Shown: in pieces, positions 1-13,915 of the stretch
Numbering within the stretch: position 1 is the first letter of the stretch
Layout of the letters: each line of letters begins with the position of its first letter
Assembly (NCBI GenBank): GCA_951406725.2
Contig: OX597818.1
Span: 123,938,001 to 124,002,000, forward strand
Source: Octopus vulgaris
Taxonomy: Eukaryota
Length of the DNA stretch: 64,000 nt
Direction: 5' to 3'
The notes under the pieces: model-generated
What the model saw: only the letters and a program-made list of their open reading frames with translations
Told to the model about the DNA's origin: nothing
Databases searched by the model: none
Program-made: the position numbers and the translations under genes

Positions 1-18
1 ATATATATTATATATATA

Positions 19-140
19 GTGAGAATTTACAAAAAGAAGACGATGAATGTGTAAATAATAAACAGATGTATTAGTTTAACACTCAAGAAGTGAGAAAGTC
101 TTTTATATTTCGAGCCTATGCTCTTCGACAGAAAGGAACA
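19..140 (-). mobile_element. (TA)n-associated short repeat with decayed minimal hammerhead motif (Penelope pLTR-like)
   Basis: Minus strand 135->100 reads CTTT CTGTCGA AGAGC ATAG GCTC GAAA TA TA AAAG. Abuts (TA)n; similar layout to 5325-5493 and 24191-24400. Confidence 0.5.
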
Positions 141-350
141 CGAGCTGGCAGAAACGTTAGCACGTTGGGCAAAATGCCTAGTGGTATGTCTGTCTTTACG
201 TTCTGAGTTCAAATTCCGCCGGGGTCGACTTTGCCTTTCATCCATTTGGGGTCGGTAAATTAAGTACCAGTTACACACTGGGGTCGATATAATCGATTTA
301 ATCCTTTTGTCCCCTCTATGTTTAGCCCCTTGTGGGCAGTGAAGAAATAA
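141..350 (+). mobile_element. SINE family C (tRNA-like head, Meta-domain-like core)
   Basis: gagctggcagaaacgttagcac...gagttcaaattcc (A/B-box like), then gtcgactttgcctttcatcc...ggggtcg.taaattaagtacc; many copies in window. Confidence 0.8.
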
Positions 351-398
351 GGAACACAGAAATAAACATATGTGTGTGTGTGTATGTATATATGTAAG

Positions 399-429
<31 letters not shown>

Positions 430-463
430 GTATATATATATGTACATATGTATATATATATGT

Positions 464-825
464 GGAGGCGCAATGGCCCAGTGGTTAGGGCAGCGGACTC
501 GCGGTCGTAGGATCGCGGTTTCGATTCCCAGACAGGGCGTTGTGAGTGTTTATTGAGCGAAAACACCTAAAAGCTCCACGAGGCTCCCTGCTGTACTCTT
601 TCACCACAACTTTCTCTCACTCTTACTTCCTGTTTCTGTTGTACCTGTATTTCAAAGGGCCAGCCTTGTCACTCTCTGTGTCACGCTGAATATCCCCGAG
701 AACTACGTTAAGGGTACACGTGTCTGTGGAGTGCTCAGCCACATGCACGTTAATTTCACGAGCAGGCTGTTCCGTTGGTTGGATCAACCGGAACCCTCGT
801 CATCGTAACCGACAGAGTGCTTCCA
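464..825 (+). mobile_element. tRNA-derived SINE family A (OR-type), tail 1
   Basis: A box TGGCCCAGTGG, B box GTTTCGATTCC; near-identical to 21489-21870 and 55184-55565. Confidence 0.85.
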
Positions 826-1109
826 TATATATATATGTATATATATATGTACATATGTATATATATATATGTACATATGTATATATATATATGTACATAT
901 GTATATATATATATGTATATATACATATTTATATATATATATACATATTTATATATATATATACATATTTATATATATATATACATATTTATATATATAT
1001 GTACATATGTATATATATGTACGTACATATGTATATATATGTATGTACATATGTATATATATGTACGTACATATGTATAAATATGTATATGTATGTATAT
1101 GTGTGTATA
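826..1109. repeat. compound (TA)/(TATG)/(TACA) microsatellite
   Basis: Directly visible; source of the Y/I-rich ORFs. Confidence 0.95.
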
Positions 1110-1320
1110 TCATCATCATCATTTGACGTCCGCTTTCCATGCTAGCATGGGTTGGACGGTTCAACTGGGGTCTGGGGAGCCCGAAAGCTGCACCAGTCCA
1201 GTCAGATCTGGCAGTGTTTCTACAGCTGGATGCCCTTCCTAACGCCAACCACTCCGAGAGTGTAGTGGGTGATTTTATGTGCCACCGACACAGGTGCCAG
1301 ACGAGGCTGGCAAACGGCAG
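1110..1320 (-). mobile_element. RTE-type LINE 3' end fragment
   Basis: (CAT)n followed by the 3' UTR sequence seen next to the RTE ORF at 36717-38200. Confidence 0.8.
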
Positions 1321-2499
1321 AGAGAGAGAGAGATAAGAAATAATGAGATTCAGTTGAATTAGGTACTTTAGTTGAAGCACCAAGTCAGTCTAATATTATC
1401 TGTACAGCTCAAAGTATGGTGAATAAAATCAAAATAAGCAACTGGATATTAAGTAGTGATGCAGTACGGCCATTTCAAGCGGCTGCATTTAATTGAACAA
1501 TGCTCTCATTACATCAATTTAAGTGCAATGCCATCATCAGCTACACAAATAAATAAATAGAATTTTTTACTAGTTGGACACATTAATATAATTTTTCTCA
1601 AATACTTTAACAGAGCAAGAAGATGGAAGAAATTCATGTTGTTGCTATTGTAGCTAAGAATAGACTTCACTTCCAAGAATATTGGAGTCATAGCTTGTAA
1701 AGGATTGTGATTCATTTGTTATTCATTTATCTCTTTATCAACTACTAAATCTAAGACTAGAAAATTTGTCTGTTTTGAATAAAGAGCAAGAGTGAGTTAA
1801 CAGCTCATGGCTAGGTATGGTCATAAATATTGTCATATGTATCTCTTTTCTTTAGGGAGGAAGAAGACATTAGGAGTAGCCATTTGGATATAAAGTAACT
1901 GTTTATCAATAGAGGCTGGGTAGGGGAAGACTCTAAATCATGATGTTAACTATCAGTTAAAGGGGCAAGATGCTAAGAAACCTAGGATGTTAATACAGGC
2001 GAAATTTTATCTTGGGGCACTATGAGTGATTGTTTATAAACAATATTGTTATGTTGTATAAAAATAAAATTTAAGATTTTCAAAAATAATATCATAACCA
2101 AAATAGGTAAAATGTGTGTATATATCAATTATAAACATTAAAAAAGAAAGACTACATAGAATCAGTTTAATATTCATTCCAGTACTTAATTAATTACTCA
2201 TTAGGTGGTTTTTATAAAAACTGCTCAGGGCATTTACTTATGAAATATTGGAAAGATAAATATGCTAACTATATATTAATCTTAAGTCATGAATCAGAAA
2301 AAAATAAATAAAGTTGTGTACAGACACATGCACACTGTATTTAAATTGATGTAATGATTGCATTGTTCAATGAAATGGAGCTGCTTGGAATGGTCATACT
2401 GCATCACTGCTTGATATCCTGTACCTTATTTTGATTGTATGTATGGATGGATGCATGCATGCTTGCATATGTGCCTTTGACAGGGTGGATCATAAGATC

Positions 2500-3425
2500 C
2501 TCTTGAAAATCTATCCAACACTGTAGTCGAAGGAGTAAAATCAAGCCCAACCAAAGTCAGTAGTGGTGTTTCTCGAGGCACTGTGTTGGGCCCACTTCTT
2601 TTCATCGTCTACATCAATGATATTACTGACATCATCAAGCACAGTAAGAATCTTTGCAGATGATTCCAAGATCCGGAAGGTCATCAGTGAAGTGGGTGAC
2701 TGGGAATGCCTTCAGTCAGATCTACAGGTTGTCATCCAATGGGCGTAAAAGAATAATATGCTGCTGAACAAGGACAAATTTGAGTTAATCCACTTCAGAA
2801 AAGAGGATACCCTGAATCTCCCATACTCGCTTCCTTCAGGTGAAACTCTCATGGCATCAAACAACATCAGAGACTTGGGAGTAATTGTGGACAACAACAT
2901 AAGCTGGGCTGCTCATATAAACAGCAAAGTTGACATGGTCCACAGAATGTGTTCCTGGATTCTCAGAACTTTCCAGTCAAGAGATATCCACATCATAATC
3001 CTTCTCTTCTCCACTTTTACCTGACCCCACCTTGAATACTGTTGTCCACTGTGGTCTCCCCATATGAAACAAAGTATCATGAGAATTGAAGCACCTCAAC
3101 AGTCAATTATAAAAACAATAAATGGCATGACAGGACCTTGACTATTTATTCTCTCCAACGCTGCCGTGAGCGCTACATCGTCTGCATGATGTGGAAAATA
3201 TTCCATTAGCATTGTCAGAATGATGTTGGCATCACCTTTAAGATACACCCAACACTTGGGCCCCATGCTATCCACCCACAACAAAATTCATACTAGCATC
3301 ACATAAAAACAATACGGCACAATTATTCCACCTCAATTGACACTGTTCTCTTTAATGTTACACTAAAACACATTAAAGCAGAGACAGACCCCATAAAGTT
3401 CAAGAAGTCTTTGGACAAATTCCTT
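2500..3425 (+). pseudogene. CR1/jockey-group LINE reverse transcriptase fragment, disrupted
   Basis: Motifs SGVSRGTVLGPLLFIVYIND, IFADDSKI, RDLGVIVD, PHLEYCCPLWSP across frameshifts and stops. Confidence 0.85.
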
Positions 3426-3427
3426 CA

Positions 3428-5324
<1,897 letters not shown>

Positions 5325-5326
<2 letters not shown>

Positions 5327-5493
5327 ACCACATGTGAATCTTTGGTGATTTTACTGTTTCTGAAGAAGATCATTTGCTCAAAACGTTAAACTATCTTTCT
5401 TTCCTTCACTGAGCTTCTCCTAATGCTTTACATGTACCACATTCTCGCTTTGTTGTCTTTTTGCCTTTGTTCATGTTCTTTTTTGGTATTTAC
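5325..5493 (+). mobile_element. (TA)n-embedded short repeat with decayed minimal hammerhead motif
   Basis: 5356-5391 reads GTTT CTGAAGA AGATC ATTT GCTC AAAA CG TT AAAC; microsatellite on both sides. Confidence 0.5.
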
Positions 5494-5561
5494 TATATGT
5501 GTATATACGTATGTATGTATATATATGTAAATATATGTATGTATATGTGTATATATATATA

Positions 5562-5592
<31 letters not shown>

Positions 5593-5643
5593 GTATGTAT
5601 ATACATGTATGTATGTATATATATATATGTATGTATGGATATG

Positions 5644-5679
<36 letters not shown>

Positions 5680-5768
5680 TGCATGTATATATATGTGTGA
5701 ACATATATATATATATATATGTACGTGTAAATATGTATGTATGTGTATACGTGTGTGTGTGTGTGTGT
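5494..5768. repeat. compound TA/TG microsatellite
   Basis: Directly visible. Confidence 0.95.
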
Positions 5769-5991
5769 CGATTATTTTTGTGTGTATCAAGAAGGAATGT
5801 ATTTGTAGCACTGAAGGTCAATAAAAACGTTTTAAGTTTCATTCTCTATATATATCTAGTTATCTAGCTAGTTAGCTATCTGTATGTGTATATTTCTATA
5901 CGTGTAAATGTGAGCGCTAAAAAAGTTTTGTTGTCAAAAGATTCCTTGCCAAAAGGGGTTCAATGTCCTATCAAATAATCTCATTTTGCAG

Positions 5992-6108
5992 ATTTCTCTG
6001 TTTCAAACAATCGAGCAGGATTTCCGATTCGTGGATAACTTCCTTACTCCGTTCGTGAAGGCTCAGCAAAGAATCATGGATTCTGCTCTACTTTCTCTAA
6101 TTCAATAA
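5992..6108 (+). CDS. possible terminal coding exon of an upstream plus-strand gene (ISLFQTIEQDFRFVDNFLTPFVKAQQRIMDSALLSLIQ*)
   Basis: Acceptor tctcattttgcag, 38 open codons to TAA, AATAAA at and after the stop; no partner exon found. Confidence 0.3.
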   Translation: MSLFQTIEQDFRFVDNFLTPFVKAQQRIMDSALLSLIQ

Positions 6109-6472
6109 ATAGCAAATTCCTCAATAGACCATGAGTAACTATGAACTTACTTTGATTAATGAATTAAGATGATAATAAAATTGTTTTAATATAAAGAAAA
6201 TGATCAGAAATATTAAATTTCTAAATATCTCATAGAGATATGTGCGGTGGTTGAGCGATAGAGTGGCTGTATACTGTCAACTTAACGTGACAGTTCCGTT
6301 AGGGAATTACACCACCACTATTTAGCCCTAGGAAGCATCGACGCCTCCTGTCGGCCTTGACACATTTCCTGTGTCCTTATATATTTACGAAGGGGAGACG
6401 AACACTCCCAACAGCTAGGCCTGCATCTAGAGACATGCATGTTTCTGGGTCTTGCCCATCATCAGTCTAGAG

Positions 6473-6673
6473 CAGTGGTTTTCAACCAGGGTTCCGCCAG
6501 TACAGTCCAGGGGTTCAGCAAGAAGTTACAAAACTGCTAAAATCGACAATAATTTTTAATTCTCGTGTGCAGATATGTGTGCATAAGACTATTAGATTAT
6601 TGCACAAGGGTTCCTCGAGCCAGTGGAATGTTTCCTTGGGGTTCCGCTCCAGCAAAAAGTTTGAAAAGCACTT
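6473..6673. mobile_element. hAT/Charlie-like MITE
   Basis: TIR cagtggttttcaac...gtttgaaaagcact, left flank gtctagag (NTCTAGAN-like target); second copy at 11766-11984. Confidence 0.75.
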
Positions 6674-7785
6674 GTTTACAGTAGCAAGGCCTGCTAGCTG
6701 AAGATATCTGTCTAGACTTCGTAAATGATATATCAAGAAAATGATATATCAAGAGTTATTTCCCTTACATAATTTCCCGATTAATTTAATATCAATCGTC
6801 ATTCTCATCATCACCGTTTTAACGTCCGCTTATCCATGAAATTTATTGAGGTGAAGTTTCTATTGCTGGAGGCCTTTCCTGTCGCCAACCCTCTCTTGTC
6901 TCCAAGTAAGGTAATATTTTCCCATGGCCACACTTGTTTTCGTGGAAGATTGGAAACGAAAGTCACTGCTTGCATGAAGGTGACATTCTTTTACAACTAT
7001 TACATGATATCAATTCAAGGGGACAGTAACACGCGTGCACGCACATGGGCTTCTTTCATTTTCCATCTACCAAATCCACTCACAAGGTTTTGGTCAGCCC
7101 AGGGCTGTTGTAGAAGACACTTCCTGAAGATGACATGCAGTGGGACAGAACCTGAGACTATATGGTTTGGATGCAAACTTCTTACCTCACGGCCGCACCT
7201 GCACTTCATTGAATTGAATGTTCTATCTTTGGCACTTGGGTATTTGTAGTTAAGTTTTTGTTCAACTTCATTCGATATGTTCACTTTTACATAACTATTT
7301 CTAAGCTGCATATTCAGAATCATAGCAGTCTTTATAGCCAGAATTATTGTACAGGCATGGGCATGTGAAAAGAAGTTTGCCTCCCAACCACATTGGGTAA
7401 GCCTCGTAAGTGGATTTGGTAGATCTTATAAAGTGGTTGCTAATTCTGGCACGAATTCTGCAATTTTAAGGGCAAGAAGATTAATTAATATTGTCAACCC
7501 CAGTAATTGACTGGTACTTCATTTTGTGGACCCCAAAAGGTTGAAAGGCAAAGTTGACTTTGATGGGATTTGAACCTCAAACTACAAACTGGTGTAACTA
7601 AATACTGCAAAAAAAGCCCATTGTGTGTGTATCATCACCATCATCATCATTTAGCGCCTGTTGTCCATGCTGGCATCAGTTGGATGGTTTGACCAGAGCT
7701 GGCAAGCTGAAAGGCTGTACTAGCCTCTCATCTGATTTGACACGGTTTCTATGGCTGGATGCCCTTCCTAGCGCTAGTATATATA

Positions 7786-8570
7786 TTTTAAGGAGATTTG
7801 TTGTGTAAGGCAGAACAATGCAGGAGGGTACAAAGTAAACTACCAAAGGTAATTCCAGGTCTGAAACGTGCTTCCTTAAACTGCCCCACATCGAAGACAG
7901 AACAACTGCAGCTATACAACATGTGATCTGCAGGGAGTAACTTAACATATGGATGGTGCACACCAGTCCATCCCTGAGGAAATTTCTGTCAAGGAGTAAT
8001 ACCACTGATAGCATCGTGGGGTGCACACTATCCAAGTGTCCCATCAACAACATCAAAACATACTCAAAGGCCTATGTGGTATATAAAGTAGTCTGCAGTA
8101 AATGTGGGGCGTTCTCCATAGGGAGAATCGCCAGGAAATTGCACATTCGAATAAAAGAATATATACACACAAACACTTTAATAAAAAAAAAAATGAAAGA
8201 AGTGCCAGACGCAGGATTTTAAGGTATCCATCAAGGCCACTCAATGCAACAGAGGCAATCTCAGAATCATGGAGGCCCTCCTTATCAATAAATTGAGACA
8301 AGCCATTAACAACAGGAAAGAACTACTGAAGCAGACTGGTTACCATAGCAACACCAGGCTGTGCATGGGACCTTACTCCTTCCTTCCATCTGAGCAAAGA
8401 CCTTTCCACTCCTCGTTTTTCCAAATGTCTCGAAGAAGAGGTTATAGCCCCAAAATATAGAAATACAAAGTAAAACTTCAACTTTGTTTTGTTTTCTTTT
8501 TCTATTCCTTTTGTAATTTATTTTGTACCTTCCTGCATTGCTCCAGCCTTGCAAACAAATCTCTTTAAAG
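7786..8570 (+). mobile_element. Penelope-like element relic: GIY-YIG endonuclease end with inverted terminal segments
   Basis: YVVYKVVCSKCGAFSIGRIARKLHIRIKEY and RIMEALLINKLRQAINNRKEL; ~65-bp inverted repeat 7786-7853 / 8503-8570. Confidence 0.7.
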
Positions 8571-8610
8571 TAACACCACACAATGCTTCATCAGAATTAC
8601 TCCATATATA

Positions 8611-10085
8611 TACCCAGAACCATGCTAATAGGTTAGGAGTGAAATTTAGAATTTCTTGGTTTTCTGTGAATCAATTTTGATAAAACTTTTCCCAGCTGGT
8701 TTGTACACTATGGAAACACTTATGTTGCGTTTTCATTATTCTGTGTAACAGCCTTTATTTTTCATTTCAGATCCTTCAGTTTTGGGCTGAACCACACTAA
8801 TAGTTTTTGAATTAAAATTACCCATCTAGACATTTTTTTCTGAAAATGAGGGTAATGATACACATTATGCATGCACTGAGTATATACTTAACAGAAAATC
8901 ATAAAAATTTAAAACATTTATTAACATAATGAATTATTTAGCCACATGAGTGCCATTTCGATGGACAACTACAAAAACTCTATTAGTTAAGGAATCTGTC
9001 AATTTCTTAATAGTAGCAGATAGGATTGGCTCTGCTGAAGATTTGATGGTCACCCATATGACATCTTTCGACGTGAATTGGTGTCCATTCACATGAACAT
9101 CTTGTTTAATGATGGACCAAAGATTTTCAATAGGGTTAAGATCTGGAGATGATGACAGCCACACCATCAATCTTTCATCTTGTATGCCATAAAATCCTAA
9201 TAATGTTAGGATTTTAGCAGAGTGAGAGGGAGCATTATAATGCATGAATACGAGATTCCTTAGAAGTGACAGCGGTATGTCATCCAAGATTTCCTTCAAG
9301 AGATTGCAGTCGGTGGCTGTGATCACTTTAACCCCTTCTGGCACCCTGATTGGGCCAACAAGTCTGTCCCTAATGATACCAGCCTACAGCATGATTCCTC
9401 CACCCTGTTGTTGGTGTCATAAACGTTGATGACACTCATCTCGAAAACAGACCCAACCATTTGTCCAACTGTCAGGTTCATCGAGGGTCATCCTGGTTTC
9501 ATCAGTGAACAACTCATGTCTAACATCATGTACTTTTGGTCCCATTGAAGCCTCAAACACGTGTGAAGAAGCAGTTTCAAGGGTTCTCACACAGAAGCCA
9601 TGGTCCCAAGGATGTGATATCCAGTTGGTTTTGGTACATGAGGAAGTCTGGAAGCAGTGAAAATGGCTTTGCTTGTTTGTCTAGGTTTCCCACGTAACTT
9701 GCGGCCAATATTCCTTAAATCCCTAGCTGTCACAATCTCGGAGGTCCCAGATTGTTTCTTCTTTGGCAAAGGGTCCTTCAGGAATTGTCTAACCATGTCC
9801 ACTTGACAACCTAACTTCTCCGCAATGACATGAAGAGAGGTGCCATTAGCACTTTCCTTGATGATGATAGACTTTCCATTATTGTTAAGGCGCTGTTAGT
9901 GTGGTTCACCCCAAAACTGAAGAATCTGAGATAAAAAATAAAGGACGTTAAACAGAATAATGAAAACATAACAATGGTGTTACCATAGTGTGCAAACCAG
10001 CTGGGAAAAGGTTTATCAAAATCGATTCTCAGAAAACTGAGAAATCCTAAATTTCACTCCTAAACTATTAGTGTGGTTCTGGGTA
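8611..10085 (-). mobile_element. full-length but dead Tc1-family (DD34E) transposon, IR/DR type
   Basis: TA flanks; ~190-bp TIRs (8611-8802, 9893-10085). Transposase pieces FTDETR, FMHYNAPSH (catalytic D->Y) and SPDLNPIENLW, with frameshifts. Confidence 0.9.
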
Positions 10086-11024
10086 TATGTAATGTGCATG
10101 TGTTTCTGTCTCCTTGCCTTGACATCATGTGATAGCAGTAAACAAATGTCACCGTCATGCAAGCAGTGTTTTTCATCCCCAATCTTCTATGAAAACATGT
10201 TCTGGTTATGAGGAAATATTACCTTATTTGAAAACAGGTGAGGGTTGGCAACTGGAAGAGCATCCAGCCATAGAAAATCCACTGCAAGAAAATTGTATGA
10301 CCCATGCAAGCACGGGGAAATGGACAGTTCACCTAGCTGTCACAGACAATAGACAGATCAATAAGGGATAATTAAGTGTCCTGCTGCATTAACCTCTCCC
10401 TGAACAGATTTAGTTTTCATTTGTTTAATGCTATCAAACTAAAGCTAAATACTGGCGACTAACCTCTCTCGTGTTATTGGTGTTATGTGGTGTGTTTAGC
10501 ACTTGAACTTGCTTGAGCAGATCTACAATCAAAGGTTATTCCAGTTGTGACCCCTGTTGTGTGGTTTACCTTGGGCTACATTATCCAATGTATCATTCCC
10601 TTTCTAAAATGGTAGGGTTTGATACGAAAGAGATATAGCTGCTATTTTTAACAGGTAGGGCAACCACATATTGACTCCCTTGCTGATTGTTTAGGTGAAA
10701 TTCACATTGTATTAATCAGATTCAAAAGGACAATAGTTTGATAGAATCCTAAGCACGTTGGACAAAATGCTTAGCAGTATTTAGTTACACCAGTTTGTAG
10801 TTTGAGGTTCAAATCCCATCAAAGCCAACTTTGCTTTTCAGCCTTTTGGGGCCCACAAAATGAAGTACCAGTCAATTACTGGGGTTGACAATATTAATTA
10901 ATCTTCTTGCCCTTAAAATTGCAGAATTAGCAACCACTTTATAAGATCTAACATTAAAGACTTATACATAGCATGTCTATATTTTTTGTTTCCTTTATAA
11001 TTTACAAGACATTGTATTTTACAC

Positions 11025-11295
11025 CAGTGTTCTCAACCTGGATCCATATGAGATTTTTGGAGGTCCACACAAGCAAAATAGTAAATTGGGTCCACAGTTG
11101 TATTTTAAGGGTCTATGAAAAGATTTCACCTAGACGCAGGAGTGGCTGTGAGGTAAGTAGCTTGTTTACCAACCACATGGTTCCAGGTTCAGTCCCACTG
11201 CATGGCACCTTGGGCAAGTGTCTTCTACTATAACCTTGGGCCGACCAAAGCCTTGTAAGTGGATTTGGTACACAGAAACTGAAAGAAGCCTGTTG

Positions 11296-11350
<55 letters not shown>

Positions 11351-11694
11351 TTGTTTGTGTCTGTTCGTCCCCCACCATCACTTGACAACCAATGCTGGTG
11401 TGTTTACGTCCCCGTAACTTATCGGTTCGGCAAAAGAGACTAGTACGAGGCTTACAAAGAATAAGTCCCGGGGTCAATTTGTTCGACTAAAGGTGGTGCT
11501 CCAGCATGGCCGCAGTCAAATGACTGAAACAAGTAAAAGAATATTAGAATAGATGTATTTATTCCAAGAATACAGCTAAGGTTTCTCCCTCTGAATGTGT
11601 TATAAACAAAATAGGAATTTTTAAGGAATCCTCTATAAAACTAGAATAAAATAGTAATCAAAGGGGTCCATAGATAAAAAATGATTGAGAACCG
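11025..11694. mobile_element. hAT-like MITE interrupted by a SINE
   Basis: Termini cagtgttctcaacc...ttgagaaccgc enclose the SINE at 11133-11540. Confidence 0.5.
11133..11540 (+). mobile_element. SINE family B (CORE-like, internal TA/TG microsatellite)
   Basis: caggagtggctgtgtggtaag head, ggcaccttgggcaagtgtctt core, tail tgactgaaacaagtaaaaga; more than 15 copies in window. Confidence 0.85.
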
Positions 11695-11765
11695 CATTTA
11701 CCCAATTTAACCCTTTTGTTACTTGCAGTTGTATCTTTCAATCTGCTTTAGGAGAATGTATAGGT

Positions 11766-11984
11766 CAGTGGTTTTCAACCAGGGTTCCGCGGAACCTTAG
11801 GGTTCCGCCAGTACAGTCCAGGGGTTCCGCAAGAAGTTACAAAACTGCTAAAATCGGTAGTAATTTTTAATTCTCCTGTGCAGATATGTGTGCATAAGGC
11901 TATTAAATTATTGCACAGAGGTTCCTCGAGCCAGTGGAATGTTTCCTTGGGGTTCCGCTCCAGCAAAAAGTTTGAAAAGCACTG
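11766..11984. mobile_element. hAT/Charlie-like MITE
   Basis: TIR cagtggttttcaac...gtttgaaaagcactg; imperfect 8-bp TSD gtataggt/gtatagag. Confidence 0.8.
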
Positions 11985-12541
11985 GTATAGAGGCTGTTTG
12001 AAAGAAAATACACTTGCTACTGACAACTTTCAGCCTGCACAAGCATATACAGAGGAAGAGGATGTGGATGGGGAAGAAGCAGAATGAGAAGGGGAGGAGG
12101 GGAAGAAGATGAGCAGGAGGAAGAGGGGATAACTATGAAGATCATGCCAACATCTCATTAGTTCCTTTTTTTTTTTTGTTTTTTAACATTTTATATTAAT
12201 GAAGGAAAAAGTAAATGGTGACCTTTCTTAAGAAGATAAATGCAAAACAGCATTGGTTTATTTTTGATGTTGCACAAATGTTTGGGAAATGAATCTGTAA
12301 ATTGTTGATAAAACAAAGATATATGCGGGTGAGTGGGTGGGCAGGGAGGTGATTATATGTATGTACGATTACGTGTCAACAGATATGTAATCAGTTGAGA
12401 GTGGATAGGAAAAAACGCCTTTAGATGTTGAGATTGTTGCTATGATTAAAATATATTCACATTAGACTGAGATTCTACTTCTCAAACACAGACAGGTTAA
12501 ACATGTTTTGTTTTAGTACAATGCAAGCACAATGACTACAC

Positions 12542-12575
<34 letters not shown>

Positions 12576-12878
12576 CATACACATACATATGTATATATAT
12601 ATATATGTACATGCATGTGTGCACATAACATACGTATGTTAAAGCATGTGTTCATACATGCGTTTATATGCACTAATGACCTAGTTCTCATAGTTCTCAT
12701 GGCCGTATTTATGAATGATTAGAAAAGAAATTCCAAATGTAGAATTAAAATTGAGTTTTGAGAAACCTCAAAGAAGTAAGCTGAGCAAATGGTAAAAGTT
12801 TTAATTAGCAAAAGAAGTGAAGACAGGACTCTGCAGCTGTCTGGAAAGTAGCTGTTCTTGATATGCAGAAAAAGTGTA

Positions 12879-13289
12879 GGTGCAGGAGTGGCTGTGTGGT
12901 AAGTAGCTAGCTAACCAACCACATGGTTCCGGGTTCAGTCCCACTGCGTGGCACCTTGGGCAAGTGTCTTCTACTATAGCCTCGAGCCGACCAAAGCCTT
13001 GTGAGTGGATTTGGTAGACGGAAACTGGAAGAAGCCCGTTGTATATATGTATGTATATGTATGTGTGTATATGTTTGTGTATCTGTGTTTGTCCCCCCCC
13101 CCACCATTGCTTGACAACCGATAGTGGTGTGTTTATGTCCCCGTAACTTAGCGGTTCAGCAAAAGAGACTGATAGAATAAGTACTACGCTTACAAAGAAT
13201 AAGTCCTGGGGTCGATTTACTCGACAAAAAGGCAGTGCTCCAGCATGGCCGCAGTCAAATGACTGAAACAGGTAAAAGAGTAAAGAGTA
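12879..13289 (+). mobile_element. SINE family B
   Basis: Full-length match to other copies. Confidence 0.85.
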
Positions 13290-13610
13290 ATACTAACATC
13301 ATATGGTGTACCTATCTCAAATTATGCATGCACAAGGGGTGTGATGGGGATTAAATGCAAACTGACAAAGAAACACTCCTTATGTAACAGATACACCAAA
13401 GTAATTAACAGCAGGGGCATCCATGAAATAGGTTTATTCAAATGCTCAGAAGACACCATAGGTGTAAGTGACAGCTTATGTTATCTAAGGCAGCATTGTA
13501 TCATGGACTGGTTTCATGAATTAATATTTTTGCCACATATAGGGGGATCACATAACAAAAAACAATAAAGCGTAAAGTATACGGTTTAGTTGTTATATAT
13601 ATAATACAGT

Positions 13611-13902
13611 GGAGACGCAATGGCCCAGTGGTTAGGGCAGTGGACTCGCGGTCGTAGGATGGCGGTTTCGATTCCCAGACCAGGTGTTGTGAGTGTTTAT
13701 TGAGCGAAAACACCTAAAAGCTCCACAAGGCTCCGGCAGGGGGTGGTGATCCCTGCTGTACTCTTTCACCCACTCATTCTTCTGTTGGCCTGCTCGCTTA
13801 GCCAGCGGGGTGGCGTCATTCGAAGGCTAAAACAATGCGAACGCATTGTGACCAGCGATGTGTAACTACATCTGATGGACTGGTCGGTCACGTGATCACG
13901 TG
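13611..13902 (+). mobile_element. tRNA-derived SINE family A, alternative tail 2
   Basis: Same head as 464-825 but a different 3' half; TSD atatataataca at 13597-13608 / 13903-13914. Confidence 0.85.
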
Positions 13903-13915
13903 ATATATAATACAT

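Noticed and set aside
464-535. tRNA gene
   Set aside because: tRNA-like head of a SINE; continues into SINE body, and sister copies have TSDs.
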